Below, piece by piece: positions 44,425 through 53,635 of a DNA stretch of 54,042 bases. The stretch spans positions 1 through 54,042 of the IMG/VR virus record IMGVR_UViG_2757320460_000001. One strand, 5' to 3'. The DNA is from a virus. Below the pieces are notes generated by a model. It saw only the letters and a list, made by a program, of their open reading frames with translations. It did no database searches and had not been told where the DNA came from. A program made the position numbers and the translations under genes. Position 1 is the first letter of the stretch; each line of letters opens with the position of its first letter.

Positions 44425-44880
44425 TTATTTATGTTTTTCAATAAATTCTTCCAAAGCAACTGTAATGATCTCTTGCATCTTTAATTCTCTATGTTCATTA
44501 CAGAACTGAGTAAATTTTTCAGAAGTATTTTTATAAAGTTTAAATGTACGAGGAATTATATCTCCTTCCAGTACACTAGAATCAATTCTAAGCGTTTCTT
44601 TTTTAGTATTACTTAGTAATTCTAATATTTCTTTTTGTTGTTCCTCCAAGTGTTCTATACGCTTTAATAAAGAATCATTATTTATTTTTATAAAAAAACC
44701 TTGTTCTTTATCATATGTAAATCCATTTTCTTTCATTATATCGAATATATCAGTTCTCTTACATTTTAACATTTTAGCTATTTGGTTAATGCTCATCCCT
44801 TCTATAACTAAGGAATTATTAATTTTTTCTACTAAACTTCTATTATCAACATTATTCACACAACACACACCCTTGTACAC
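44425..44880 (-). CDS. DNA-binding regulator (HTH, C-terminal RHH-like)
   Basis: MSINQIAKMLKCKRTDIFDIM HTH; C-terminal ...RTFKLYKNTSEKFTQF...EIITVALEEFIEKH. Confidence 0.5.
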   Translation of the reverse strand: MYKGVCCVNNVDNRSLVEKINNSLVIEGMSINQIAKMLKCKRTDIFDIMKENGFTYDKEQGFFIKINNDSLLKRIEHLEEQQKEILELLSNTKKETLRIDSSVLEGDIIPRTFKLYKNTSEKFTQFCNEHRELKMQEIITVALEEFIEKHK

Positions 44881-44982
44881 TTAGTATTTCTTAGTATTAC
44901 TTTACAATAATTAGAATAAAATAGCAATAAAAAAAGACTAAGCAATTAAGCCTAGTCTTTAGTAATACTAGTATCACTATCA

Positions 44983-45429
44983 TTATTCAAATATATTAAT
45001 TTCAAAATTATCGATAAATTCTAAAGCTTCACACCTTAAATACAAAGCTCTCTCAAAATTTTCTATAATTTCTTTTGAATTATATATTTCTTCTATAGAA
45101 GAAAAAATTATAGAAAAAGTTTGCTTTATAAACAGCCCACTATAACATTCAATTAAACCTAATGGAATAATTTTATTTTTATCTTCTTTAAATTCTATTT
45201 TATTATCGTCTAAATATTTTTTATTAAAATCAGTTGCTAAAATACCATTAATACTAAAATCACAATAATTTGGAGTAACCATATTAGCTTTAAATTTAAT
45301 TGCATTATTGCTTGATTTATAATTAACTGCATAGCCTAAAGGAAATCCCATTCTATTTTTTATAGTTTTATACTCTTTCTGTATACCATACTTTTTAAAT
45401 AATTCATCCATATAATCCATCTCCTTCAT
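44983..45429 (-). CDS. hypothetical protein
   Basis: ORF with AGGAG-type RBS on the minus strand. Confidence 0.5.
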   Translation of the reverse strand: MKEMDYMDELFKKYGIQKEYKTIKNRMGFPLGYAVNYKSSNNAIKFKANMVTPNYCDFSINGILATDFNKKYLDDNKIEFKEDKNKIIPLGLIECYSGLFIKQTFSIIFSSIEEIYNSKEIIENFERALYLRCEALEFIDNFEINIFE

Positions 45430-45495
45430 ACTCTTTATAATTTAAATTTATTATAAAATATATATTTTTTCAATTGTTTAATTTTATCTTTACAT

Positions 45496-45559
45496 AATGT
45501 ATTATTTGTATTACAATGTATTATGTAAGGTTAATACATTGTAATAATCTTAATACATT
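45496..45559. promoter_or_regulatory. parC-like centromere/operator repeats upstream of parM
   Basis: AATGTATTA at 45496 and 45515; TAATACATT at 45532 and 45551; perfect 15-bp inverted repeat TATTACAATGTATTA / TAATACATTGTAATA. Confidence 0.6.
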
Positions 45560-45576
45560 TTAAAGAGGTGTTATAA

Positions 45577-46485
45577 ATGAAAATATTAGGACTAGATAAC
45601 GGATATAATTATACTAAAACAAGTATTGGGCAATGTATATTAAGTACTGTAGAAAAAGGACATGACGATTATAATAACGTCTTAGAGATGAACTTTAATG
45701 GAGAAAACTATATAATTGGTGAACCAACTGGACAATATATAGTTGATGCAAATAAATTCAAAACTGAAGAAGGAAAAGAACTTGTTAAGTTAACTACATT
45801 AGCAGCAATAGGATTAAGCTATCCAGAAGAAAGTGTAATAGATATAAGTATAGTTGCTGGATTACCTGTTGCATTTTATGCAGATCAAAAAGAAGAACTA
45901 ACTAAATTAATTAAAGGATTAGATGATTCTTGTATTGAACTTAATAAAATTGGTAAAAAACAAATAATAAAAATTAATAAAGTTATGGTTTTGCCACAAG
46001 CTTGTGGAATCATAATAGAAAAAAATAAGAAAAAAGAAAGCTCATTAGTTATTGATATTGGTGGTGGTACTTGGGATATAGCTCAATTTGATGGATTAAA
46101 ATTAGTTGAAAAAGCAACATATGAAAAAGGAATGTTAGTTTTATATTCATCTATAGCTCAAGAATTAAACTCAAAATACTATACTAAATTTGAAGCTTCT
46201 GATATTCAAAATATAATTGATAGAAAATTCTTTACCGTAGAAGGTAATAAAAAAGGTATAGAAGATATAGAAGAGTATATAAATAACTATGTTAGAAAAA
46301 TAGCAGCTACTATAAAAAGAGATTTTGATACAACTAATATAGATAATTTTTATTTAATAGGTGGTGGAGCCATAGCTCTAGAATCTTATGTGAAAAAATA
46401 CTTCCCATCAATAGAAGTTGAAAAAGATTGTCAATTTACAAATGTTAATTCATTTGCTTTCATGGGAGAATTAAAGCTTAAATAG
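45577..46485 (+). CDS. parM: ParM/StbA-like actin-type plasmid segregation ATPase
   Basis: MKILGLDNGYNYTK phosphate-1 motif and VIDIGGGTWDI phosphate-2 motif. Confidence 0.85.
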   Translation: MKILGLDNGYNYTKTSIGQCILSTVEKGHDDYNNVLEMNFNGENYIIGEPTGQYIVDANKFKTEEGKELVKLTTLAAIGLSYPEESVIDISIVAGLPVAFYADQKEELTKLIKGLDDSCIELNKIGKKQIIKINKVMVLPQACGIIIEKNKKKESSLVIDIGGGTWDIAQFDGLKLVEKATYEKGMLVLYSSIAQELNSKYYTKFEASDIQNIIDRKFFTVEGNKKGIEDIEEYINNYVRKIAATIKRDFDTTNIDNFYLIGGGAIALESYVKKYFPSIEVEKDCQFTNVNSFAFMGELKLK

Positions 46486-46497
46486 AAGGTGATACAA

Positions 46498-46770
46498 ATG
46501 GCAAGAGTAGTAAAAACAGTGAGCTTAAATGATGAAACTGATAAAGCTCTTATAGATAAATTAGAATCTGTTCCAAATATATCTGACTATATAAAAACAT
46601 TAATAGCTGAAGATATTAAAGAAAATAATTCTATATTTACTAAAGTACAAAAAGAAGAAATTAAAAAAATTATTTTTAAGGTCTTAAATGATGAAAATTT
46701 TGTAAAGAAAAATAATAAACAAGTTGATAAGGAACAATTAGATGCAATAGATGATTTGTTTAATTGTTAA
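46498..46770 (+). CDS. parR: ParR-like ribbon-helix-helix adaptor
   Basis: MARVVKTVSLNDETDKALIDKL RHH N-terminus; directly downstream of parM. Confidence 0.6.
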   Translation: MARVVKTVSLNDETDKALIDKLESVPNISDYIKTLIAEDIKENNSIFTKVQKEEIKKIIFKVLNDENFVKKNNKQVDKEQLDAIDDLFNC

Positions 46771-47083
46771 AAATATATCCACAGGTTGAATTTTCAACTT
46801 GTGGATAAACTTTATAGACAAATTATTACCAAATGTGCTAAAATTAAATCAATAATTTAAAAAACGGAATAAACAGCAAAAAACCCATTAAGTCTAAATG
46901 CTTTGGCCGGCGTTAACTTAACAGGTTCAACAACTTAGAGAAAGTATCTCTAATTACTTGCATATTTATATTATACGATAATTGTATAAAAAATATGCTT
47001 ATTTGTCAAACTTTAATTTGATAAATTTAATGGTACTTTCTTTTAAGGATTGTTTTTTGTTCCTTATTTGGAGGTATTTTTTT

Positions 47084-47938
47084 ATGGAAACAAATAGAGC
47101 AGGTCAATTTAGAAAAAAGAAAATTTATTTTACTCAAGTAAGTAATGTTGCATTAAGAGATTCATCTCTTAGTTTAAAAGCCAAAGGATTATATGCTTTA
47201 ATTCAAAGCTATCTAACTATCGAAGATTTCACTTTATATAAAAATACATTAAAGAAGCATCTTAAAGAAGGAGAAAAAGCTTTTGAAAGTACTTGGAAAG
47301 AACTAAAAGATGCTGCATATCTTATTCAGTATAGACTTCAAGATCCTAAAACCAAACAATTTTATTATGAATATGAATTGCTAGATGAACCAAATATTGA
47401 ATTAGCAAATAAAATTCATAATTCTCAAAACAGAAAAAAACATGAAGAAAAAAGCCATACCCCTAAAAAGGTAGGTATGGGTGAAAAAGATGAAAAAAGT
47501 AAAAAAGCCATACCTACCAAAAGGGAGGGTATGGATAATGGATATAGTGGAAAAGTGGGGGTACATAATAATACTGACTTAAATAATACTAACTTAAATA
47601 ATATTAATATATCTTCTTCTAGCGAAGATGAGGAAGAAGTTCAAAAAATATTAGACATTTGTCAAATTCAAGAATTTAAATTAAGTAGAAAAGATATTAA
47701 AAATCTATTACTTGTTTATTCATTTGATAAAATAGCTAAGGGAATTATTACAGCAGGATCTACCGATAGTAAAATAAAAAATTATAAAGGTTATCTAGTA
47801 AGTATTTTAAATGACATGGAAAAAGTTAAAAAAGTTGATATTAATATAAATAATAAAGATTCTAAAAAATCTAATGCTAATTTTACTCAAAGAGATCAAG
47901 ACATGAATGAATTAGAAAAAGATTTATTAGGATGGTAA
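47084..47938 (+). CDS. plasmid replication initiator (RepA_N-like)
   Basis: ...FRKKKIYFTQVSNVALRDSSLSLKAKGLYALIQSYL... RepA_N-type N-terminus; ATG after GGAGG; the track start at 46982 is unlikely. Confidence 0.65.
   Translation: METNRAGQFRKKKIYFTQVSNVALRDSSLSLKAKGLYALIQSYLTIEDFTLYKNTLKKHLKEGEKAFESTWKELKDAAYLIQYRLQDPKTKQFYYEYELLDEPNIELANKIHNSQNRKKHEEKSHTPKKVGMGEKDEKSKKAIPTKREGMDNGYSGKVGVHNNTDLNNTNLNNINISSSSEDEEEVQKILDICQIQEFKLSRKDIKNLLLVYSFDKIAKGIITAGSTDSKIKNYKGYLVSILNDMEKVKKVDININNKDSKKSNANFTQRDQDMNELEKDLLGW
47450..47534. repeat. two 31-32-bp palindromic repeat units inside rep (candidate oriV iterons)
   Basis: AAAAGCCATACCCCTAAAAAGGTAGGTATGG (47450) and AAAAGCCATACCTACCAAAAGGGAGGGTATGG (47503). 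Confidence 0.45.
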
Positions 47939-47945
47939 GAAAGGA

Positions 47946-49181
47946 ATGGAATTTATAAATATGAACTTTTATTTTGATGAAGCTAATTATGATAGAAAAA
48001 TAACATATAAACCTGAAAAAAATGAGGTTAATATTTTAAATTCTCAAAATTGGGACACATTTGTTGGGGTTTTTATAGGTATTAAAAAAGAAGATCTAAT
48101 TAAATTTGAAAATAGTTACTTAGATTTTGAGGAAAAATATAAAAATAAATTTTTAAATGAGGATTTAGGCAAAGAATTAAAAGGTGAAATAATAAGAAAT
48201 AAAAATTTTAAAAATGGATTTAATACTTTTAATAAAGATACAGTAGAATTTTATTCAGATTTTTTTGATATATTAATAAATCATAATTGTATATTTCAGT
48301 TAAATTGTTTCAGTAAAATAGAAAGAGTTATAGATATAGCTTTCAATGATTATAAAGAGTTTTTAAGATTTAACGGAGTCTATATTAGGCCTTTTATATA
48401 CTCTATTACCAAATATATTTATACTTATAAATATTTAGAGTTAACAGAAAAATTATTTTTATATTCAGAAAGTAAAGAAAAAATTAATATAATAAAGATT
48501 TTAAGTGATTCTATAAATGAAACATTAGAAGAAATTAGTTCATTTAAAAGAAAAGAGAGGGAAATAAATGCTTTAAGGCAATTAAAAAATATATTTGATT
48601 TATTAGATTTTAATATATCTGTTAATGAAAAAATAAGTTGGGATTGTTCACGCAATTTTGAGGGATTTAATTTATTATTGAAGGAATTAGGAAAGAGACC
48701 GAATGAAATATCATTATTCTTAGATGAAGATAAAAGTAATTTTAATGCAGCAGAAAATAGTGAAAAGTATTATGGTAAGTATGGGAAATTAATAAGTTGT
48801 AATTCTAAAAATTTTATTGGAATAAGATCAGCTGATATTTTAGCTACATTTTTTAGTAAGTTATCTAAGGCTTCAGAGGAAGAACTTAAAGAAGACTATA
48901 CAAATGGAATTAAAGAAGAAGTAAAATTAATAAATGAAGCATGGTTTAAAATTAATGAAGGTCAATTTAATCTTATAAAAAAAATTGGAGTTTTTATATA
49001 TAAATCTTGTTATTGGTCTACTTATTTTAGTTATTATACAGATTATATAAAAACAATATTTTATTATTTACATTATATTAATTCATTTAAATCTTTTGAA
49101 GAATATGAAAAAAATCACAATTATATTTTAGCTAATGATTTTATTGTTAAATCTCTTATAGCTGATTTGAAAAAATTATAA
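47946..49181 (+). CDS. DUF3800-like protein (defence-island associated)
   Basis: N-terminal NFYFDEAN resembles the DUF3800 (I/F)Y(I/F)DESG motif; C-terminal IRSADILATFF; weak call. Confidence 0.35.
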   Translation: MEFINMNFYFDEANYDRKITYKPEKNEVNILNSQNWDTFVGVFIGIKKEDLIKFENSYLDFEEKYKNKFLNEDLGKELKGEIIRNKNFKNGFNTFNKDTVEFYSDFFDILINHNCIFQLNCFSKIERVIDIAFNDYKEFLRFNGVYIRPFIYSITKYIYTYKYLELTEKLFLYSESKEKINIIKILSDSINETLEEISSFKRKEREINALRQLKNIFDLLDFNISVNEKISWDCSRNFEGFNLLLKELGKRPNEISLFLDEDKSNFNAAENSEKYYGKYGKLISCNSKNFIGIRSADILATFFSKLSKASEEELKEDYTNGIKEEVKLINEAWFKINEGQFNLIKKIGVFIYKSCYWSTYFSYYTDYIKTIFYYLHYINSFKSFEEYEKNHNYILANDFIVKSLIADLKKL

Positions 49182-49287
49182 ACCAAGGAGTAATAAGCTA
49201 CTCGGTTTATATATTTTACAATAAGAGAATATGATTATGACACTTTAGCAAAAGCTTTATCAAGATGGAATTAAAAGGGGGAGAAAC

Positions 49288-50172
49288 ATGGTAGAAATGT
49301 ATTTAGAGTTAGAAAAATTTAATGCTAGATGGAATATAAAAATAAATAGTCAAGAAAAATTTAATATTTTAAAAGGTAGATTGAATAGAGAAATTCAATC
49401 TGTTTTAGAGGAAGAGATTTATTCAAAAGATATAGAAAATGAATTTATTTTTGTTAATGGTAGTTTAACTGTTCCAAAAAAAGCTTCACCTATGTCAGTT
49501 ATTAGTCAAGGCTTAAAATCTACAAACCTTATAGAAGAAGAGAGTAAAGTAATCAGAAAATTAGTGGATTCTAAAACAGAAATAGATTTTTTTAGAAATT
49601 TACAAATATTATTTTCATCAAATTATTTAGGACGTGTTAAGAAAGAAATATTAGCGATAAATTTAAATGATATTATACGATCATCTGGCTATAGTAATAT
49701 AGTATTTATTAAAAAAGAGGCAGATAGATTTTTAGTTTATCCAGCAGGAGAAAAATTTCTTGATGAAGAGATAGTAAATAAAACTATAGAAGGCTTAGAA
49801 GGCTATAAAACAGCATATGAAATTTTTATTGATTCTCTTGAAAAGTATAGTAATTCTGAAAATACTGGAGTAGAAAATATTAATATAATTAATTCTTTAA
49901 GAACATCATTAGAAAATTACTTAAAAGAAAAATTTAGTGTAAAAAGTCAAAGTATTGAATCAATAATGACTAGATATGTTGGTAAATATCTAGATAGTAA
50001 AAATATAGATAAGAATATTAGAGAGATGTATAGAAATCTAGCTAAGAGTATAGAAGCATTTAACAATGAACATGTAAAACATACTGCTAATTTAGAAATA
50101 TCTAAAGAAGAAGTTGAGTTGTTTATATATTTAACAGGAACTTTAGTTAGATTTTTAGAAAGTTTAAAATAA
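49288..50172 (+). CDS. Abi_C/HEPN-like protein (degenerate Rx4H motif)
   Basis: C-terminus ...LRTSLENYLKEKF...AFNNEHVKHTANLEISKEEVELFIYLTGTLVRFL fits the Abi_C layout but has N in place of R. Confidence 0.35.
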   Translation: MVEMYLELEKFNARWNIKINSQEKFNILKGRLNREIQSVLEEEIYSKDIENEFIFVNGSLTVPKKASPMSVISQGLKSTNLIEEESKVIRKLVDSKTEIDFFRNLQILFSSNYLGRVKKEILAINLNDIIRSSGYSNIVFIKKEADRFLVYPAGEKFLDEEIVNKTIEGLEGYKTAYEIFIDSLEKYSNSENTGVENINIINSLRTSLENYLKEKFSVKSQSIESIMTRYVGKYLDSKNIDKNIREMYRNLAKSIEAFNNEHVKHTANLEISKEEVELFIYLTGTLVRFLESLK

Positions 50173-50240
50173 AAGAGTTGTAATATGAGTTATATTATTA
50201 ATAATACTAAATTTAGTTTAGTAATGGAGATGAAATAGTT

Positions 50241-51191
50241 ATGAAAAAAACTAATGAAAATTTTGAAGATTATAGGGAAGAGTTAAATGATTTTGCAAAT
50301 TCAGTATATGACTTTTTAGAAAATGCTGAAAAATCAATTAACTTTGCAGAAGAAGAAATAAGTTTATCTCCAAATAAATTAGATAATATAAATTTATTTA
50401 GAGATAAAAGAAAAGTAATTGATTCAATTAATGACTTAATATATTTTTTTGATACATTGAATTTATCAATAAAAAAACTTAATAAAATTACTAAATCTCA
50501 AAATGCAATCATTAGATTATACAATAATGATTGGATAAACTGTAGGTTATTAACTAACGAAGATAGAATTAAAATAGATAATTTATTTGATAATAATAAA
50601 AATATTGAATTAATTGAAGAATTTATTTTTGATAGATATGATAATAAAAATTTAAATAGATTGCTAAATGAATGGAGCAAGAATAAGCTTTTAAATAAAA
50701 ATAGATTTACTTATTTGGAACAAGCATTAGATTGCTATAAAAAAGGATTTTATGCAGCTTGCGTAACTTTAATTACTTGTCAATATGGTGGAATAATTAA
50801 AGAGCTAGAAATAAATTTAAAGAAATATAAAACTTTTAAAGTGCAAATTGAAGAAAAAGAATTAAAACAATTTCAAGATAAATTAAAAGGTATAGAAATA
50901 ATAAATGAGAAGATTAAAAACAATAATAAAAAAAAGGTACGTAATAGTGAAAAGTTAACTTGCGAAAGAATTTTAACTATTGGTGATAAGGACATTTTAG
51001 GTCTCTTTTGGAATTATTGGTGTAATTATGTATATAAATCAAATAAAAAAAGCTGCTTAAAAAATATACCTAATAGACATGCTATATGCCATGGAGCAGC
51101 TTTAGATTATAACAATAAAAAAGTAGCATTAAGATCTATATTATTAATAGATTTCTTTTTAATATATTCTTCTAATTTTCAAAAATATTAA
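50241..51191 (+). CDS. HEPN-like protein (Rx4H motif present)
   Basis: ...YKKGFYAACVTLITCQYGGIIKEL... and ...NIPNRHAICHGAALDY (R-x4-H-G). Confidence 0.4.
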   Translation: MKKTNENFEDYREELNDFANSVYDFLENAEKSINFAEEEISLSPNKLDNINLFRDKRKVIDSINDLIYFFDTLNLSIKKLNKITKSQNAIIRLYNNDWINCRLLTNEDRIKIDNLFDNNKNIELIEEFIFDRYDNKNLNRLLNEWSKNKLLNKNRFTYLEQALDCYKKGFYAACVTLITCQYGGIIKELEINLKKYKTFKVQIEEKELKQFQDKLKGIEIINEKIKNNNKKKVRNSEKLTCERILTIGDKDILGLFWNYWCNYVYKSNKKSCLKNIPNRHAICHGAALDYNNKKVALRSILLIDFFLIYSSNFQKY

Positions 51192-51223
51192 AATTTAATT
51201 TGCTGGAGGTGATAAATTTAGAT

Positions 51224-51766
51224 ATGAAAAAAGATGAATTATATTCAAATTTAGATAGAACTATAGGATTTATAAATAGTTGTGATAGTAAAGTTTCAAT
51301 TTACTTAGCAACATTAGGAGTACTTATAACTGTATTTTTATCAGAAGATAATATAAAAACTATAAATTCAATTTTCAATGGTATAAAAAATAATTTTAGT
51401 ACTTTTAGTAAGGGATATTCAATAGTTGTAATATTAAGTTTAATTTCATTAATAATTGGAGTTGCATTACTTGTGAGTGTATTAGTTCCAAGAACAAAAA
51501 TAGATTCATATGATAAAGAATTAATAAAAGATGATTCAATTATATTTTTTGATAAAATTTCAAATAAGAAATACAAAGATTTTAGTAGAATAATTGATAA
51601 TGTTACAGATGATGAAATAATTGAAGATATTAAATCTCAAATATTTATTAATTCTAAAATTTGTTCTAAAAAATTTAAATTACAAAGATATGGTTTATTA
51701 ATAGCTTCATTAGCAGTTGTTTTAATTTTAATTTTATATATTATTGGGATACATGTGTATATGTAA
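51224..51766 (+). CDS. Pycsar-type transmembrane effector (DUF5706-like)
   Basis: About 180 aa; ...INSCDSKVSIYLATLGVLITVFL... TM1, a central TM helix, and a C-terminal TM after ...SKICSKKFKLQRYGL. Sits adjacent to the cyclase. In-frame TTG 51200 is an alternative start. Confidence 0.55.
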   Translation: MKKDELYSNLDRTIGFINSCDSKVSIYLATLGVLITVFLSEDNIKTINSIFNGIKNNFSTFSKGYSIVVILSLISLIIGVALLVSVLVPRTKIDSYDKELIKDDSIIFFDKISNKKYKDFSRIIDNVTDDEIIEDIKSQIFINSKICSKKFKLQRYGLLIASLAVVLILILYIIGIHVYM

Positions 51767-51780
51767 AAGGAGGATTTAAA

Positions 51781-52509
51781 ATGAGTTATGATTATAAAGC
51801 AGGAAAAGAGAGAATTGAAGCAATTTTAAATAATAAGATGGAAATTATAGATAAAGATAAACTTCCTAAAGGGGAAGAATTTACTTTTGATAATGGATAT
51901 AAAAGTTGGATAACCGCTATTTTTGTTGATATAAGAGATTCATCTACATTATTCCAAGAAGAAGATAGTGAAAAAGTTGCTAAAATAATAAGATCATTTA
52001 CTTCTGAAATAATAGAAATATTTAGAGAAGAAGACGATTTACTTAGAGAGATTGGAATAAGAGGAGATTGTGTTTATGCTATATATACAACTCCACAAAA
52101 TCCTGATATAGATGAGATATTTGATAAAGCATGTATGGTAAACACTTATATCAAAATGTTAAATAAGCTTTTAACAAATAAGGGATACAATAAAATTAAA
52201 ATAGGAATAGGTGTAGCAACTGATGAAGAAGTAGTTATTAAAGCAGGAAGAAAAGCATCAGGAATAAATGCTAAGGTTTGGATTGGGAAGGCTGTTACAG
52301 AAGCAGCAAATTTATCAGGAGTTGCTAACAAAGGAACAAACAAAAAGGGGATAGCTGTATCTTCTAATACTTATTTTAATTTAAATGAAGAAAATAAGAA
52401 ATATTGTACAGAAAGCACATATTCTAGAAATGAGAGTTCAATTACCTATTATCAAGCAGATGTTGTTTTTAGTAATTTTGATAAATGGATAAATGATGGC
52501 ATGAAATAG
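51781..52509 (+). CDS. class III nucleotidyl cyclase (Pycsar PycC-like)
   Basis: ...SWITAIFVDIRDSSTL..., ...IRGDCVYAIY..., ...IKIGIGVATDEEVVIKAG..., ...KVWIGKAVTEAANLSGVA cyclase core motifs with both metal-binding Asp. Confidence 0.7.
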   Translation: MSYDYKAGKERIEAILNNKMEIIDKDKLPKGEEFTFDNGYKSWITAIFVDIRDSSTLFQEEDSEKVAKIIRSFTSEIIEIFREEDDLLREIGIRGDCVYAIYTTPQNPDIDEIFDKACMVNTYIKMLNKLLTNKGYNKIKIGIGVATDEEVVIKAGRKASGINAKVWIGKAVTEAANLSGVANKGTNKKGIAVSSNTYFNLNEENKKYCTESTYSRNESSITYYQADVVFSNFDKWINDGMK

Positions 52510-52531
52510 AAAGATAAGAGGAGAAGTTAGG

Positions 52532-53032
52532 TTGAATTTTAAAGAAACAGTAATTGTAACGATATTTACAATAGCAGTCACAACTTTAGTTAATATAATT
52601 TTATATTTTATTAAGGAAAAATATATTAATGAATCTAATAGATTTGTAGATTTAAAGGAAAAAACTGTAGAAGTTTTAGTTAAAAATAAAAAAATTATAA
52701 ATAATCCATACATAAGAGAAGAGCTTGATGAGTCTCAATATAAATCAGAAAATTTATATAGAGTAAAATTAGATATATTAGATTTGATTGGAAAATGGAA
52801 AGCTTTTGCATCTAGAGGTAAAAATAAAATTATTTTTAGAAATAAATATAAGGTTGCAAATGAAGTTGCAAATGAATTTATATGCTTAAGTGATGGATTA
52901 GTTAATGATGATTATAATGTGGACAACCAGGGAGTATCTTCACAAGAAAAGTTGGAAAAGATGAATCTAAAACATATTGATAAAATAATGCAAAAACTAA
53001 ATATAGAGTTAGATTTAAAAAAAGAAGATTAA
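52532..53032 (+). CDS. N-terminally membrane-anchored protein, unknown function
   Basis: TTG start 8 nt after AGGAG; TM helix at residues about 7-27; last gene before the terminator. Confidence 0.5.
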   Translation: MNFKETVIVTIFTIAVTTLVNIILYFIKEKYINESNRFVDLKEKTVEVLVKNKKIINNPYIREELDESQYKSENLYRVKLDILDLIGKWKAFASRGKNKIIFRNKYKVANEVANEFICLSDGLVNDDYNVDNQGVSSQEKLEKMNLKHIDKIMQKLNIELDLKKED

Positions 53033-53137
53033 TTATAATCTTCTTTTTTTATTACATTTTTTAGATTTTATGGTATAATAATAACGAAAATATGAGAACG
53101 TATGTTCTCTTTGGAATTATGAATGGAGAGATTAGTT

Positions 53138-53260
53138 TTGGGAGATACAGTAAAAAAAGAGCTAATTAAAAAAATAAAAATAATCAAAAATGAAGAAATG
53201 CTCCAGGCACTTTTAACAATTACAAATAAGATTTTATATAAAGAAAAAGAAGGCAATTGA
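53138..53260 (+). CDS. hypothetical small protein (40 aa)
   Basis: TTG after GGAGAG; TGGTATAAT extended -10 upstream; ends in the bidirectional terminator. Confidence 0.25.
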   Translation: MGDTVKKELIKKIKIIKNEEMLQALLTITNKILYKEKEGN

Positions 53261-53278
53261 ATTTTGCCTTCTTTTTTA
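53246..53278. terminator. bidirectional rho-independent terminator
   Basis: AAAGAAGGCAA-TTGAATT-TTGCCTTCTTT flanked by A and T runs. Confidence 0.75.
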
Positions 53279-53635
53279 TTTGTTTTCAGCTAATCCTTTT
53301 ATTATTCTAGAAGCTATTTTAAAATCTTCATCGTTTAAAGATGCTAATAACATTAAAGTTTCTTTTGTTAATGGATCACTGTCTACTAGCCATTCAGCTA
53401 GAACTTCATTAAATTGTTGAGAGTCTGTCATAGGAAGATACATTTCTCCTTCACCAGTTTTCAACCAATTTTCATTTATTTTAAAGGTTTTACATATTTG
53501 TTTAATAGTCCTCTCTTTTAAAGGTCTACCCAATTCAAATCCAGCTACAGTACTTCTACCTACCCCAAGTTTATTAGCAAATTGTTCTTGAGTTAAATTG
53601 AGAGCTTGACGAATTTCTTTTATTCTTTCATTCAT
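53276..53635 (-). CDS. cI-like repressor (XRE-family HTH)
   Basis: MNERIKEIRQALNLTQEQFANKLGVGRSTVAGFELGR; divergent from the early operon. Confidence 0.85.
   Translation of the reverse strand: MNERIKEIRQALNLTQEQFANKLGVGRSTVAGFELGRPLKERTIKQICKTFKINENWLKTGEGEMYLPMTDSQQFNEVLAEWLVDSDPLTKETLMLLASLNDEDFKIASRIIKGLAENK

Noticed and set aside
46890-46925. Local GC-rich patch (TGCTTTGGCCGGCGTTAAC) upstream of rep, as a possible nick site or oriT.
   Set aside because: No relaxase or mobilisation gene is present in the replicon, and no flanking inverted repeat typical of oriT was seen.
2479-52713. Many minus-strand ORFs in the track lie inside plus-strand genes. They are 2479..2763, 3004..3258, 5014..5394, 6677..6862, 7096..7287, 7576..7875, 13032..13271, 13855..14058, 16406..16618, 17149..17406, 18280..18549, 18685..18906, 20870..21283, 21479..21742, 23912..24139, 28504..28701, 29672..29941, 30572..30856, 32204..32419, 34162..34383, 35772..36164, 38624..38812, 48425..48655, 50498..50680, 51301..51576, 52146..52343 and 52438..52713.
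   Set aside because: They are antisense shadow ORFs within well-supported coding regions of an AT-rich genome. None has an RBS, all have low-complexity composition, and none shows a recognisable motif.
53068-53256. Minus-strand 62-aa ORF downstream of the repressor gene.
   Set aside because: It lies across the bidirectional terminator and has no RBS. A plus-strand 40-aa ORF with a promoter and RBS explains the region slightly better, though that call is still weak.
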